In this document: in pieces, positions 63,500 through 64,000 of the stretch
How the letters are laid out: each line of letters opens with the position of its first letter
How positions within the stretch are numbered: the stretch's first letter is position 1
Source of the DNA: Verrucomicrobiales bacterium
GTDB lineage: Bacteria > Verrucomicrobiota > Verrucomicrobiia > Verrucomicrobiales > V1-33
Assembly: GCA_018003315.1 (NCBI GenBank)
Contig: JAGNEJ010000016.1
Span: 35 to 64,034 of the forward strand
Length of the DNA: 64,000 nt
Direction: 5' to 3'
Program-made: the position numbers and the translations under genes
Notes under the pieces: generated by a model
Seen by the model: only the letters and a program-made list of their open reading frames with translations
What the model was told of the DNA's origin: nothing
The model's database searches: none

Positions 63500-64000
63500 A
63501 TGAGCCTCCCCCGACTGCTTGTTCACTTCACTGCCATTTCCCTGCTGCTGCCCGCAGCCGGTCAGGAAAACACCGAACCGTTTTTCAGCCATTTGCGCCA
63601 GATCACCTTCAGCGGCAAACGGGCCGGGGAAGGGTATTTTAGCGCGGATGGAAAACGCCTGATCTTCCAAAGTGAACGGGATCCGGCCAATCCGTTCTTT
63701 CAGATCTACATCCTCGATCTTGAAACCGGCGACACGAACCGGGTGTCTCCAGGACTGGGAAAGACCACCTGTGCCTGGTTTTATCCGGATGGAAAGCACG
63801 TCATCTTTGCCTCCACCCATGCCGATGCCCGGGCGACCGCCAAGCAGGATCAGGAATTGAAGGACCGTGCGGAGGGAAAGCAAAAGCGCTACTCTTGGGA
63901 TTACGATGAGAACTACGATCTCTGGCAGGCGGCGACGGATGGATCCGGACTGCGCAATTTGACGCACACCCGCGGTTACGACGCGGAGGGGGCGGTGAGC
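63500..64000 (+). CDS. TolB/PD40-like beta-propeller protein, N-terminal part (runs off window)
   Basis: My own translation from ATG 63500 gives MSLPRLLVHFTAISLLLPAAGQENTEPFFSHLRQITFSGKRAGEGYFSADGKRLIFQSERDPANPFFQIYILDLETGDTNRVSPG... This shows a signal peptide and PD40-like repeats. The frame is open to the window end and is absent from the ORF track because it has no stop. Confidence 0.55.
   Translation, partial: MSLPRLLVHFTAISLLLPAAGQENTEPFFSHLRQITFSGKRAGEGYFSADGKRLIFQSERDPANPFFQIYILDLETGDTNRVSPGLGKTTCAWFYPDGKHVIFASTHADARATAKQDQELKDRAEGKQKRYSWDYDENYDLWQAATDGSGLRNLTHTRGYDAEGAVS

Noticed and set aside
1-64000. CRISPR arrays, rRNA genes, transposases, integrases, prophage or retron/DGR components
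   Set aside because: I looked for regularly spaced direct repeats, reverse-transcriptase, integrase and transposase motifs, and tRNA-flanking islands. I found none. The tRNA-Leu has no adjacent integrase.

Overview
This is a 64-kb high-GC chromosomal segment. Its gene content points to a PVC-group bacterium, most likely Verrucomicrobiota. The markers are a Pirellula/Verrucomicrobium-type heme-binding dehydrogenase, an HzsA-related propeller, autotransporter-associated beta-strand repeats, a prepilin-leader protein and TAT-signal Gfo/Idh/MocA enzymes. I support about 45 CDS, one tRNA-Leu(GAG) and two clear rho-independent terminators. I saw no rRNA, CRISPR array, integrase, transposase or phage genes. 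Housekeeping genes (mdh, lpxA, miaA, hemW, a GlcD-like oxidase, a CDF transporter) are interspersed with secreted glycan- and protein-degrading enzymes (GH32, GH5, GH43, a heparinase II/III-like protein, an M66 StcE-like protease). Best leads: (1) An outer-membrane beta-barrel gene has its signal peptide separated from the barrel by two in-frame TGA codons (TGA-CCG-GCC-TGA, i.e. U-P-A-U or a broken CPAC). A GC hairpin with a GGUC tetraloop follows at fdhF-SECIS-like spacing, so this is either a candidate selenoprotein or a pseudogene. (2) A six-gene translationally coupled operon at 40437-51321 mixes glycoside hydrolases with periplasmic redox proteins, suggesting oxidative (3-keto type) glycan breakdown. 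(3) Two sharply AT-rich intergenic islands carry shared GAAAWTT-type palindromic motifs. One of them precedes an orphan pilin-like choice-of-anchor protein. (4) A 585-nt hairpin-rich leader precedes the M66 protease. (5) A PepSY-TM gene is frameshifted in an A-run, next to a periplasmic CbiK-like chelatase. All family calls come from motif recognition by eye, and no database was searched.
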